Below are positions 54,350-64,000 of a stretch of 64,000 nucleotides of DNA, piece by piece. The stretch is from an uncultured Candidatus Saccharibacteria bacterium (lineage in GTDB: Bacteria > Patescibacteriota > Minisyncoccia > Phycocordibacterales > DATDWN01), in contig CAYXWL010000014.1 of NCBI GenBank assembly GCA_964468795.1, forward strand, positions 22,376 through 86,375, given 5' to 3'. The notes beneath the pieces were generated by a model. That model did not search any database. It had not been told where the DNA came from and worked only from the letters and a program-made list of their open reading frames with translations. Position 1 is the first letter of the stretch. Each line of letters starts with the position of its first letter. The translations under genes were made by a program, and so were the position numbers.

Positions 54350-56977
54350 TTAGTTATGACTTGAGATGAACTCTCTTGTAATCGGGCCCACCATTCCCCA
54401 TCCTGTAGTCCTTTCATTACCCGAACAGACAATATTATTGTCGCATTGGTAATTTTTTACTGCATTTCTAGTTATATCTCCAAAATACCCTGTATTATCG
54501 CTGAACTTCATATAACATTTCTGAGAAAAAAACTTCTGAAGCTCCTTTACTCTGTCACCATTGTCTCCATATCTTAAATTTTTCTTTGGTGAATATCGGG
54601 TCACTGAATAATTACAGGAAGATCCTTGGCCTACGGTTGGAGCACTTGGAACTGTAGGTGTAGAAGGAGTAGATGGATTGGTATTGGGGGTAGAAGTTGG
54701 AACAGGTGCAGGAGTCGGAGTAGGAGCAGGAACTGGTACTGGTATCGGAGACGGTGCAGGTGTTGGAGCAGGAACAGGTAGTGGTACAGGAGCAACTAAC
54801 GGATTTATTGTTACTAGTACAGGTTTAGGTTCGACAGACCAATTGTTTGCACCGTCCGTAACATGAACACCATAGTAGTACTGTCCAACTGCTGGAGAGT
54901 CGTTAAAGGAGTATGACCAGCTAGTAGACTTATCTGGTGCATTAACTGTAGTTATTAGATCCCAAGAGCAATTGCCTAGATTTGTCGACGTGCATGAAGA
55001 GCTATTCAATTTCGCCCTATAAAGTTCAGCTTTGGCAATATAAGATCCTCCGATATCGCTTGAAACAAATGTAGCTGATACTGAGCCGCTTCCATTTTTT
55101 GGCAATACATCAAAGACAGATATGAAAGGTTTTGCTGTATCGGAGGACGCAGGTTGGTACGGCGGAACCGGGGCTGGCGATGGAGAGATTCCTTGTGATG
55201 GGGTGTTTGTTATGCCAATGCCTGAAATAACATTAGTAGTGTTTGAACTTACAGAAGAAACATCTGCTCCAATATCTTTCCCATCAGTACCGGCATTATC
55301 ATAAGGACTTCCACTGACTATATTATAATTGCCTCCATTCTTATCAACCAAAACATCGCTCCACTGTGAAGGAAAAAAGTTTCCGGGATAATTGCTGTAT
55401 AGATTTGGAAATCCGGCAACAAAAACATTTTTTTGAAAAACAACATTTGGAAAATATGTAGCAAGTGCAGCATTACCAATACCCAAAGTGTCTCCAAATA
55501 CTCCATAAGCATTATGGGCAAAAATATTATTTACAATAACCATACTTGGTTTTGTTGAAACAGATGGAGAATAATAACTACCAGCCATTATTGCTGTGCC
55601 ATCCTGCAAAAAAGTATTATTGCTAAACTCTACATTCAAAGGACCAGGAGCTGATGTCCCGCCGTCGAGCAATATTCCCCATCCGCTTCCTCCCCAATTC
55701 GCGGAGCTTATATCTTCCCATATGTTGTTACTTACCCTTATTCTGTTTGTAGGTGGATTTTGAGGGTAATGATCATCATGACCATTTATCGAAATCCCAG
55801 ATGATGCATGTCGAACTATGTTATTTGAAAAAGTCACATCCTGAACCACACACCATGGACAATTCCCACCCTGATTTCTAGTAGTGAGGACAATTGCATA
55901 ACCAGACTGACCATCTACCCAGCTACCATCAAATATGTTTCCCGATATTAGTATCCTCTGAGCATTCTTTAGTTCAAACAAATTTTTCACAGACCAGTGG
56001 GTGCCCCCATACGAAGAATCTCCGACTTTCCATGTTCTGGGTTTGTAAACATAGTTATTCCTAAATTCTATATCTGAAGGAATAAGACCTGTAACTCTAG
56101 GATCATCTCCACCAAAAAGTACATTCTCACCAGAACCTTCAAAATAGTTGTTAGCTATCTTGTAAGGACCGGGACCCCATGTTGCAGTAATCGCTTGGGC
56201 ATCTTGTCCTACTACGTGAATATTTGAAATATATGAATCAACTACTGCACTCGATTTTGAATCAAGACCAATTCCTCTTTTAACGTTATAGTTTGGTTGA
56301 CCATGTATGTACATCCTATCAAGGACTATATCGCTAGCGAACATGGACAGAACCGACTCATCGCATACTTTGTAGAAATCTGTAGCGGTTCCACAATAGC
56401 TGTTTCCTGTTCCAAGTTGTACTAGAACATTTGAATCATTATTATTGCCTTCCGTAACCTCTATTCCAACAAGTCTGTAATGATGTGCTTTATCCTCAGT
56501 TTCAATAGCCGAAAGATTGTTACCGGGCGCAATTATTTTTGGCATATATTGAGCATTTGAAGGTGCAATCCTTGTACCTTGTGCAGGCAACATGCTCATG
56601 TCTTCTGGTCTTATTACTATCCATCCACTTCCAGTAGCCTTGTACTTTAGAACTACTGGACCATTTATAGTCATCCTATTATCAATCAATATTTCATCAC
56701 CCAAAGAAGCTGAGTCAATTGCAGACTGCAAAGATGTATAGCAGTACTGAGTGTTCGTGCAAGACGGTTTTACAGACCTCACAGTTCTGGAAGAGGAAAG
56801 GGGTGGGTATGTTGTGTCTAGATAAGTTCTTGGTAGTTCGGGAGAAGCTATGGATGACTGAGAGACCTGAGTAGTCTGGCTTGGTGGAAAAATATTTCCA
56901 GCCAGAGCCAAGTTATTTGAAAAGCCGGAAATTACGGTTGCTACTGAAATAATAATACCGCCAAGGTTTGATGACAT
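54350..56977 (-). CDS. secreted right-handed beta-helix protein with Pro/Thr linker and C-terminal peptidoglycan-binding domain
   Basis: Signal/TM. Repeated NN..G-x-x-G beta-helix-like strands. PLPVPAPTPAPSPIPVPVPAPTPTP linker. C-terminal LRYGDNGDRVKELQ...GYFGDITRNAVKNYQ (PG_binding_1-like). Confidence 0.55.
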   Translation of the reverse strand: MSSNLGGIIISVATVISGFSNNLALAGNIFPPSQTTQVSQSSIASPELPRTYLDTTYPPLSSSRTVRSVKPSCTNTQYCYTSLQSAIDSASLGDEILIDNRMTINGPVVLKYKATGSGWIVIRPEDMSMLPAQGTRIAPSNAQYMPKIIAPGNNLSAIETEDKAHHYRLVGIEVTEGNNNDSNVLVQLGTGNSYCGTATDFYKVCDESVLSMFASDIVLDRMYIHGQPNYNVKRGIGLDSKSSAVVDSYISNIHVVGQDAQAITATWGPGPYKIANNYFEGSGENVLFGGDDPRVTGLIPSDIEFRNNYVYKPRTWKVGDSSYGGTHWSVKNLFELKNAQRILISGNIFDGSWVDGQSGYAIVLTTRNQGGNCPWCVVQDVTFSNNIVRHASSGISINGHDDHYPQNPPTNRIRVSNNIWEDISSANWGGSGWGILLDGGTSAPGPLNVEFSNNTFLQDGTAIMAGSYYSPSVSTKPSMVIVNNIFAHNAYGVFGDTLGIGNAALATYFPNVVFQKNVFVAGFPNLYSNYPGNFFPSQWSDVLVDKNGGNYNIVSGSPYDNAGTDGKDIGADVSSVSSNTTNVISGIGITNTPSQGISPSPAPVPPYQPASSDTAKPFISVFDVLPKNGSGSVSATFVSSDIGGSYIAKAELYRAKLNSSSCTSTNLGNCSWDLITTVNAPDKSTSWSYSFNDSPAVGQYYYGVHVTDGANNWSVEPKPVLVTINPLVAPVPLPVPAPTPAPSPIPVPVPAPTPTPAPVPTSTPNTNPSTPSTPTVPSAPTVGQGSSCNYSVTRYSPKKNLRYGDNGDRVKELQKFFSQKCYMKFSDNTGYFGDITRNAVKNYQCDNNIVCSGNERTTGWGMVGPITREFISSHN

Positions 56978-57051
56978 GTATATGAAATTTTGATTAATTT
57001 GAATTAATCAAATAATACTAATAATAATTTAATGAAGATTGGATGAAGAGA

Positions 57052-58728
57052 CTAGAGCTCAGCATCCGGCTGGACTATTCTTGCCTTCCAGATTTTCTTA
57101 TGCAAAGTGCTCCACACCTCGTTTAATTCCCTGCTGTTCAGAAGCCAGAGGATCACTGTCCCGCAAATTATACCAACAATGCCCGATAGGAACCCTTGGA
57201 AAAATATGCCAGCCAAAGTATTGAGATTCAGGTAATTATCAAAAATGTTTAGGCATACGTAAGATATGTACCCCATAATGACTGACGCTCCTGTTATCTC
57301 AAATAATGTTCTAAACACTGGTGATGAAAAATCCCTGAACTCCAGTCCGAAACCTATCCAGTGAACAACAAGGTTGAACAAAAGTCCTATTGTATAACCT
57401 AATGGCAACATAAGCACGATAGTTCCCGGTACACCCGAAACCTTAAACAGCGATTCCATAAAATCTCTGAAAAAACTACTATTATTAAACAAAGTGGCTA
57501 GGCCATAGCTAGAAAATACTATTACTCCTGCAGATACTATATTCATAATAAGCGGAGTCTTGGTCTTGCCCTGAGAATAGTAGGACCTCACAAAAAGAGA
57601 AACCAGATTTTGAGCTACTAGAGAAATAGTGAATATTGCCAAAGCTGCCGATGTGAGCCTTGTGTCATCCCAATTAAACCTTCCTGACCCCAAAATAGTT
57701 CTTACTATCTGTGCTCTCAAAACCACGAACATAACAGAAATTGGCACAGACCAGAATATAATGTGCCTAGCTGAGGTTATCATCTGCTCTACAAACTTAT
57801 CCTTCTCCCCCGCCCCAAACAGCCGTGTCAGGGTCGGAAACGCTGCGAGCGAGTAGCTAACCCCTATTATACTAAATGGTACAGCTTGCAGGTTGAAAGA
57901 AAAATTAAAGATAGCGATAGAACCAGTTGCAAAAAATGAGGCGAAGGAGATAAGGAACAATTCTGCAATTTCGTTTGAGGAAACAGTGATGGTTCTAGGT
58001 AGCGAAGTGTAAATTATTTTTTTTATGAAACTGTACTTGATAGGAAACCTAAATTTTGGAAACATTTTTTGTGAAGCGATGAAAGGAATCTGGATGGCAA
58101 AATGGAAAAAGGCTCCAAACACTACTCCCATGCCGAGGCCGGTTACTCCCATCATAGGATAGAGAAGCACTATGCCCATGATTATTCCTATGTTGTAGAC
58201 CACTGGCGAAATGGCATAAATGAAAAATCTCCTATTTATCTGAGTAATGCTTGCAAGCAAATTTGAAAAGCCCAAAAAGGCTGGGGATAGGAGAAGAATC
58301 CTAGACAGCTTAACAAGTTGCGGGAAGCTGTCAGACTTTGCGAACACCGGAAACAGTTTTGCCATTATAAAAGGAGTGGCTATATAAGAGACGATGCCTA
58401 CAAGCATCATAAAGAAAAAGAAAAAAGTAAAAACACTGTCAATAAACTCTTTTGCTGATTCTTCGCTCTGCTCAAAACGCTCAATTAGGAAAGGTATGAG
58501 CACAGATACAGATACTATGGATGCCACAGTAACGAACAGTATGTCTGGGATACGAAATGCCGAGTAGTATATGTCCAGTGTATTGTTTGCTCCGAACTGA
58601 TGAGCCAAAATTCTATCTCGAACAAGAGCTAGCACTTGAGAACAGATGGCAAAAAAACCTAGAAGATACGCGGCCTGATGAAGACCAGATATTTCCTTGT
58701 TAATAAAATTAAGAAATCTCTTAACCAT
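57052..58728 (-). CDS. murJ: lipid II flippase MurJ/MviN
   Basis: 14-TM protein with ALVRDRILAHQFGA and FAASFFATGSIAIF MurJ-like segments. Confidence 0.75.
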   Translation of the reverse strand: MVKRFLNFINKEISGLHQAAYLLGFFAICSQVLALVRDRILAHQFGANNTLDIYYSAFRIPDILFVTVASIVSVSVLIPFLIERFEQSEESAKEFIDSVFTFFFFFMMLVGIVSYIATPFIMAKLFPVFAKSDSFPQLVKLSRILLLSPAFLGFSNLLASITQINRRFFIYAISPVVYNIGIIMGIVLLYPMMGVTGLGMGVVFGAFFHFAIQIPFIASQKMFPKFRFPIKYSFIKKIIYTSLPRTITVSSNEIAELFLISFASFFATGSIAIFNFSFNLQAVPFSIIGVSYSLAAFPTLTRLFGAGEKDKFVEQMITSARHIIFWSVPISVMFVVLRAQIVRTILGSGRFNWDDTRLTSAALAIFTISLVAQNLVSLFVRSYYSQGKTKTPLIMNIVSAGVIVFSSYGLATLFNNSSFFRDFMESLFKVSGVPGTIVLMLPLGYTIGLLFNLVVHWIGFGLEFRDFSSPVFRTLFEITGASVIMGYISYVCLNIFDNYLNLNTLAGIFFQGFLSGIVGIICGTVILWLLNSRELNEVWSTLHKKIWKARIVQPDAEL

Positions 58729-58737
58729 TTAGGTAGT

Positions 58738-61116
58738 TTACTGTACTTTCTCTTTTACTGGTAGGTTTTTTCCCTTCTCAGGATGTGTTGTGGTTGCATT
58801 CTTGAATATTGGCTTGCCGGACAGCAAGTTGGATAAAATTGCGTCCACCTCCTTGCTATCAGGGTTAGTAACTTTGAGATCTTTAAATTCCTGTATTGCC
58901 TTTTCATGCTCCCCTGTCGCCTCATACGACAGTCCGAGGAAATATTTCGCATTAGCGTAATCCGGCCTCATTCCTATCGCCTTCTTGAGCGACTCAATTG
59001 CACCTGCATAGTCCCCAACGTTGTATTTGAGCAGGCCCAGCTGGAAGAAAACTGCTGGATTTGTAGGATCAATCACGGATGCTGACGTTACTGAATCTAT
59101 TGCTCCTTTCAGGTTATTGCTTGCCACCTCTATCTGAGAAAGAAGGAAATAAGCATCTAGGTAGTTGCTTTTTAGAGATATGGCCTTATTTGCATATTCT
59201 TTTCCTAGACCATAATCGCCATGTGTAGAAGCTAGTCTAGCAAAAAGCATTAGTATTCCTGGATTTTTTGGATTTCTTTTCAATGCTTCATTATATGCAT
59301 ATTGAGCGCTTTCGTATGCTCCGCTTATTTTTAGATTTGGAGCAGATACCGCTTCATATACTTGGCCGAGCGCTATCCAGTTTAAATAATTTGCTGAATC
59401 TGCCTTTGTTGCCGCTATGCCTGCTTTTATAGCATTAGATAGGACATCGCTGAACTGCTTCTGAATCTGCTCTGGCTTTACGGTCTTTGGATCTTGGGAT
59501 GCGACTGCCCCGAGCTTTAGCACTTCAACATTTGATAGTGCTCTAAAGTATAGATCATAAGGTACAGCATCTATAGCTCGGAGAATGTGCTTTTCTGACT
59601 CATTTATATTTCCGGTATTGTTTATTTCATGATTGCTCTTCGAGAAGTACCAGAGAGATACTGAGTTTTTATACATCCCATACAATAGCGAAACGCATGC
59701 AACGACAAGAGCTACTGAAATTACAGACGCTATAAATCCTGTCCGAGGATCAACTAGCAGCATTTTTTCACGAGTCTTAATCAGTCCAGCCCTGTAAACT
59801 GACGCAAAGAAAAGTCCTGTAAAGAAAAGAGTCAGAATAAATATGACGACACTGGGCACATAAACAAAAGACATTACCCACAAATAAAACGTAACAAAAA
59901 ATGACGATACCAATAAATACTTTGAAAATTCGTCATCAATACGAGAAAAAATCGCCTTTACGCCGAGGTACAAGATAAATCCGACAAATACCACCCAAGA
60001 CAAAAGACCTATAATACCGGTTGTAACGGCAAAAGTAGGAATGAGACCAACTCCTGTTGCAAAATCTGTATTCCAAAATACAGTCGAGATTATTTCATCC
60101 GGCTTATATGAGAGCCACTGGTTTACAAAAGTATTTGGGCCTGAGCCAAATAGAGGCTCCTTTGCAAGAGTATTTTTTGCTATAGCATACGTTATTTCAA
60201 AAGATGGCCTGACTTCAAGATTGCTCACGTTCAGCTTTTTAGATAAAAATCCTCCTATGCTATTTCCCCATATTACAAAAATTATCGAGATGGCCAAGAC
60301 TCCAGCTGAGTAAAATGAAATGCCCTTCAGCCTTTCTTTGAAACTTAATTTTGCAAACCCGTCATTTCCATAACTGAAAATCCGATAAAGTATGAATAAA
60401 AATGCAGTAACGCCGACAATCGCCCAAATGACAGTAAAGTTAACAAGAGCAAGGAAAAAAATGGATAGGACGAGAGCCAAAGTCAGTATGCCTTTTACAA
60501 GCCGGCTTACATTTACCATTTCGTAAGTAAGCAGGGACAAGATGGCACATATGCCGAAAAATAATCCGATGTTATTCCAGCTTCCCACCATTGTTGAAGT
60601 AAGCTGGCTGAAAATTCCAAAAGAAAGTATGTTCTGTCCAAAGATAAGCCTTACTAAAGTGAAAAGCGATAATATGACGGAAGAAATAACAAAAGCGAAA
60701 TAGGAATAGAAAATCCTATTCCCTTCTTTAAACAAAAGTGAGACCAAGAAAAGATATCCGAAACCAAGGAGGATAAATCCGATGGTTGTGATGTCGAATG
60801 TGTACCCAAAAAATGCCAACCGTGAAAAGCCATGCGAAATTCCTGCAAGTGCATACACGACAGGAACCAATGCGGTGATACCGATAATGTACTTTGACTC
60901 GGACGGTAATTCAATAGATCCATAAGCTAGTCCTGAAATGATATAAATGAGAGCAGAAGCAATTACACCTATGGAGAAAAGAAGGCTTGTGCCAAATTGA
61001 GTCGAAATAAAAGAAACAGGTATGAAAAATACTGGCACAAGAAATGTCATACCTAGCAATATGATATACGATATCTTGCTCCAAAAATGTCGCTTAGATT
61101 GCTGGAACTCTTCCAT
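58738..61116 (-). CDS. O-antigen ligase (Wzy_C)-like polytopic membrane protein fused to C-terminal TPR repeats
   Basis: Twelve or more TM helices followed by a soluble TPR-like region (AYESAQYAYNEALKRNPKNPG ... LGLLKYNVGDYAGAIESLKKAI). Confidence 0.6.
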   Translation of the reverse strand: MEEFQQSKRHFWSKISYIILLGMTFLVPVFFIPVSFISTQFGTSLLFSIGVIASALIYIISGLAYGSIELPSESKYIIGITALVPVVYALAGISHGFSRLAFFGYTFDITTIGFILLGFGYLFLVSLLFKEGNRIFYSYFAFVISSVILSLFTLVRLIFGQNILSFGIFSQLTSTMVGSWNNIGLFFGICAILSLLTYEMVNVSRLVKGILTLALVLSIFFLALVNFTVIWAIVGVTAFLFILYRIFSYGNDGFAKLSFKERLKGISFYSAGVLAISIIFVIWGNSIGGFLSKKLNVSNLEVRPSFEITYAIAKNTLAKEPLFGSGPNTFVNQWLSYKPDEIISTVFWNTDFATGVGLIPTFAVTTGIIGLLSWVVFVGFILYLGVKAIFSRIDDEFSKYLLVSSFFVTFYLWVMSFVYVPSVVIFILTLFFTGLFFASVYRAGLIKTREKMLLVDPRTGFIASVISVALVVACVSLLYGMYKNSVSLWYFSKSNHEINNTGNINESEKHILRAIDAVPYDLYFRALSNVEVLKLGAVASQDPKTVKPEQIQKQFSDVLSNAIKAGIAATKADSANYLNWIALGQVYEAVSAPNLKISGAYESAQYAYNEALKRNPKNPGILMLFARLASTHGDYGLGKEYANKAISLKSNYLDAYFLLSQIEVASNNLKGAIDSVTSASVIDPTNPAVFFQLGLLKYNVGDYAGAIESLKKAIGMRPDYANAKYFLGLSYEATGEHEKAIQEFKDLKVTNPDSKEVDAILSNLLSGKPIFKNATTTHPEKGKNLPVKEKVQ

Positions 61117-61208
61117 GTGTTTGTTTTTAAGTTTTTAAAAGCTGTTTACATTATAGTAAAGCTAAAGCTTCCTCACAAACCGCTATTCCACAAAAAATGG
61201 CTTATAAT

Positions 61209-61802
61209 TTACTTAAAAATGAGTGTAGAGAGTATCTGCCCGATAAGACTATCCAGCCTCTTGTATGTAGTAACCTGATACAAATTGCCGTGATAGACAA
61301 ACCACACTTCACGAGTTTCTCCCATGCTTCCATTCTTTGAAAAAAATATAAGCGCATGCTGACCAGCCACTTTCTTTTGCTGCGGACCCAAGATGACATT
61401 TTGAGGAGAACGTATAACCAAGTCAGGAATATCCTCGTGTATACGTTCTGAAGTGAGGATCTCTCCTTCATCCCAGGGTGTAATATATATTTGAAACCAA
61501 TCGCCATTTGAGCGAGTAAATACAATCTGCTCCCCCTCGCCTTCCTGAAAATTGGAAGTTTTAAAATCGCTTGGAAAAGAAAAAGTGAAATTGTATTTTT
61601 TGTGCAGATATGTGCTTGATGTCTGAGATGCTTGAGTAATCTCCGGAGGGACAATGTCAACATGAATAGTATCCGCCTCATTATCCTGTTCATTTATGAC
61701 ATCATTCTGACTTATGTGCGACAGTTTTTTATATTTTTGATACAGAAAAAAACCTCCGATTGCAATAACCATTATAAATATAAATATGTATACTCTTTTC
61801 AT
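61209..61802 (-). CDS. membrane-anchored hypothetical protein
   Basis: N-terminal TM; ORF overlaps the upstream stop by 4 nt. Confidence 0.35.
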   Translation of the reverse strand: MKRVYIFIFIMVIAIGGFFLYQKYKKLSHISQNDVINEQDNEADTIHVDIVPPEITQASQTSSTYLHKKYNFTFSFPSDFKTSNFQEGEGEQIVFTRSNGDWFQIYITPWDEGEILTSERIHEDIPDLVIRSPQNVILGPQQKKVAGQHALIFFSKNGSMGETREVWFVYHGNLYQVTTYKRLDSLIGQILSTLIFK

Positions 61803-63931
61803 CTTCCCATATTGTACAAGGCCTTTATTTCATCTGCTGAAAGTGCTCGGTTGTACATCCTAACGTCATCTACGGATCCAGGAAGGTAATTCCATCCTCC
61901 TGTACCTATACCTGTTCTGATTCCGGCATTGTAGCCGGTTCCAATAACCGTATTTACCCACCATGATTGGTTTATTGTTCCAGCTCGACTACCGACAAGT
62001 GCACCATCAAGATACAACGACTGGTAAGAGTCATCACCAACCATAACTGCATGGTGCCAAACACCGTCGTTTACTGAACCTGTTGAGGTAATTTGGCCGT
62101 TAGATCCTGTCCAAAATTCACCTCTCAACTTTCCGTCAGTTTGCACAGCTAAAACAGGTATGAATGATGTTGGAGTAAGTGGAATTGAGGTATTATCGTT
62201 TTGGTTAAAAATAACCGGTCCTGCAGTCGAAGTTGTCTTAAACCACAAAGAAACCGTCTCTTTAACTCCACTTGAAAGATTTAGGCCAAAATTTGTTGGC
62301 AGGTATACATAATCATCACTGCCGTCAAATTTTAATGCTTGCCCAATCCTCCCCAAAGAAGCAACGGGTCCATTTGTAAGGGTTCCATTATTTGCACTTG
62401 CCGATGAATCATACGCTGTCACTCCAGAAATCTTTGATCCATCAAATGTCCAGTGCCCAACAAGCCCATCTTTTATATGCGATGTGTTTGTCTTATTTAC
62501 GACTGTAGCCTTGGTGTTTTTATACAAGTTATGAATCTCTGCAGAACTAAGCACCCTACTATACAATCGTACTTCATCAATATAGCCTGGAAAATACTCA
62601 CCTAGAGGACTGCTAGCGTAATCCGCTCCAATAATAATAGGGTAATTTGCATAACCTATATTTCCCAATCCTACGTTACTAGACACAAGCGCAACATCAT
62701 CAAGATATGGTCGTATCGTATTACCATCATATGTCATCGCAATATGATGCCATTGTCCATAAATAACATCACTTCCAAGAGTAACCTCGTGCCCAGAATA
62801 GGTCGTTCCATTTCCAATACCAAATTCTAATGTATGCGCATTAAAGTTAAAACGAATAAGCCATGATAAGAAAGGAGGTGACCATGGAGAACTTGTATAC
62901 GGTTTCGTAATTAACGACGAGTAATAAGAAATATTCGATGTATTGGGCAAATAAAACCATAATGAAATAGAAATCGCATCCGAACGCAATATAACATTAT
63001 CTGGAATTGTTGCGTAATTTGACCCACTTGAAAGATCTATTGCTTTTCCATTTTTTCCAGTTGTCCACCCACCCGTTAATGCTCCATTATTCTTATTTCC
63101 AGAAGAGTCTCCGATCACGCTTCCAGATCCCTCGTCCATTTTCCAGTATCCAATAAGCCCCGTATTACTTACCCCACCAGACACTCTCGGCTTTTGAAGT
63201 CGGTAGAGCCGCTGTATCTCATCGGAAGACAGCACGCGATTGTAAATTCTAATTTCATCAAGTGAACCGTTAAAAAATCGATTTGTGGCGATACCTGAAG
63301 TATATCCGCCGATTTGAGTCAGGCTTGAACCTGGAGATTGAGGGGTGCTTGCTGACGTATCAGAATAAATAAGTTGCCCATCCAGATATATTGATGGATA
63401 CCCTGACCCATTTACCACGAGCCCGAATTGATGCCAGCCAGTACCGAAGTTTCTACCAGTTGGAATCCAGCGAACATCTTCATATAACACTGTAAGAGTA
63501 TTACCTGCCTGTTCAAATCCTGTATTATCATTTGGTGAAAGTCCGATACCTACCCCTCCATTTACACCTCCAATTTTTATAAATGCCCCATGATTTGTTG
63601 TATTTGAAACATACGCCCACCCCACAATAGAAAAATTAGCAGTCCCAATATTGAGATGAGAAGGAATGCTGACGTATTTATTTGTTCCATCAAATGAGAG
63701 TGCTTGTCCAAGACCAGGGGTACTTGTAGTTGCAATTGGGCTATTTGTCAAAACTCCCGTCTGACTATTACCGCTTCTGTCATACGCGTAGCCTGTCTGA
63801 ACCACGTCTTCAAAATTCCAATACCCTGCAAGATTTGAATTAATAACTGGGCGTGCAATCGTACTGGCACATGCAACAGAAAAAAACCCAATAATAAAAA
63901 CAGAATATACTACTCTAAAAAAAACTTTCAT
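61799..63931 (-). CDS. secreted protein with three LamG/concanavalin-A-like lectin domains
   Basis: LDEIRIYNRVLSSDEIQRLY, IDEVRLYSRVLSSAEIHNLY and VDDVRMYNRALSADEIKALY, repeated three times. Confidence 0.65.
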   Translation of the reverse strand: MKVFFRVVYSVFIIGFFSVACASTIARPVINSNLAGYWNFEDVVQTGYAYDRSGNSQTGVLTNSPIATTSTPGLGQALSFDGTNKYVSIPSHLNIGTANFSIVGWAYVSNTTNHGAFIKIGGVNGGVGIGLSPNDNTGFEQAGNTLTVLYEDVRWIPTGRNFGTGWHQFGLVVNGSGYPSIYLDGQLIYSDTSASTPQSPGSSLTQIGGYTSGIATNRFFNGSLDEIRIYNRVLSSDEIQRLYRLQKPRVSGGVSNTGLIGYWKMDEGSGSVIGDSSGNKNNGALTGGWTTGKNGKAIDLSSGSNYATIPDNVILRSDAISISLWFYLPNTSNISYYSSLITKPYTSSPWSPPFLSWLIRFNFNAHTLEFGIGNGTTYSGHEVTLGSDVIYGQWHHIAMTYDGNTIRPYLDDVALVSSNVGLGNIGYANYPIIIGADYASSPLGEYFPGYIDEVRLYSRVLSSAEIHNLYKNTKATVVNKTNTSHIKDGLVGHWTFDGSKISGVTAYDSSASANNGTLTNGPVASLGRIGQALKFDGSDDYVYLPTNFGLNLSSGVKETVSLWFKTTSTAGPVIFNQNDNTSIPLTPTSFIPVLAVQTDGKLRGEFWTGSNGQITSTGSVNDGVWHHAVMVGDDSYQSLYLDGALVGSRAGTINQSWWVNTVIGTGYNAGIRTGIGTGGWNYLPGSVDDVRMYNRALSADEIKALYNMGR

Positions 63932-64000
63932 TAAGTGTATTATATATAAAAACAGAGATAAAACTCAGACTTGTATTTTGTTAAATTAATGTTAAAATAC

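Noticed and set aside
1-64000. CRISPR array or diversity-generating retroelement
   Set aside because: No regularly spaced direct repeats with unique spacers were seen, and no reverse-transcriptase motif appears in any ORF.

Overview
The window reads as a low-GC (roughly 33-38% by eye), gene-dense bacterial chromosome segment. Gene content resembles a small-genome Patescibacteria/CPR-like organism, but that assignment is inference only. The housekeeping backbone includes secE-nusG-rplK, rplS, rpsT, uppS, rluA-family, ruvA/ruvB/ruvC/ruvX, fpg, polA, holA, tsaE, lepA, murJ, pilMNO, gspE/pilB-like, yebC, and nine tRNAs (His, Leu, Val, Arg x2, Ser, Lys). Accessory regions are interleaved with the backbone: (i) a sharply GC-rich (roughly 52-58%) nucleotide-metabolism block tmk / long tandem-domain thyX / long-form dcd at 190-3465, next to a low-GC mazG fragment. 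(ii) A MacAB-like HlyD/ABC efflux operon whose ATPase carries a 90-bp palindromic in-frame duplication. (iii) An ACP-centred accessory biosynthetic cluster at about 12.1-18.3 kb (ThiF/E1-like, SAM-MTase, FeeM-like N-acyltransferase, alpha/beta hydrolase, PlsC-like acyltransferase, PPTase, ACP, C39/BtrH-like protein, two unknowns). (iv) A tRNA-Ser-adjacent island at about 26.1-34.7 kb with a large serine recombinase, hypothetical genes, a GC-rich array of four small-gene cassettes (each with a repeated palindromic operator-like site, a gagga/ggag RBS and its own GC hairpin terminator) driven by a perfect consensus sigma70 promoter, and a Dcm-type C5-cytosine methyltransferase plus a putative restriction endonuclease. 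(v) Short inserts flanked by partial duplicates of tRNA 3' ends at tRNA-Leu, -Val, -Arg and -Lys, plus a conserved hairpin-containing element present twice (34.5 kb and 36.3 kb). (vi) Several candidate structured RNAs and repeat families. (vii) A second GC-rich secreted-protein gene at 44.7-45.5 kb. (viii) Cell-wall and cell-surface modules (VanX-like dipeptidase + DUF218 + class-A beta-lactamase-like; beta-helix/PT-linker/PG-binding protein; O-antigen-ligase-TPR; triple LamG). No CRISPR array and no reverse transcriptase were seen. All functional calls rest on motifs read by eye from the supplied translations; no database searches were run.
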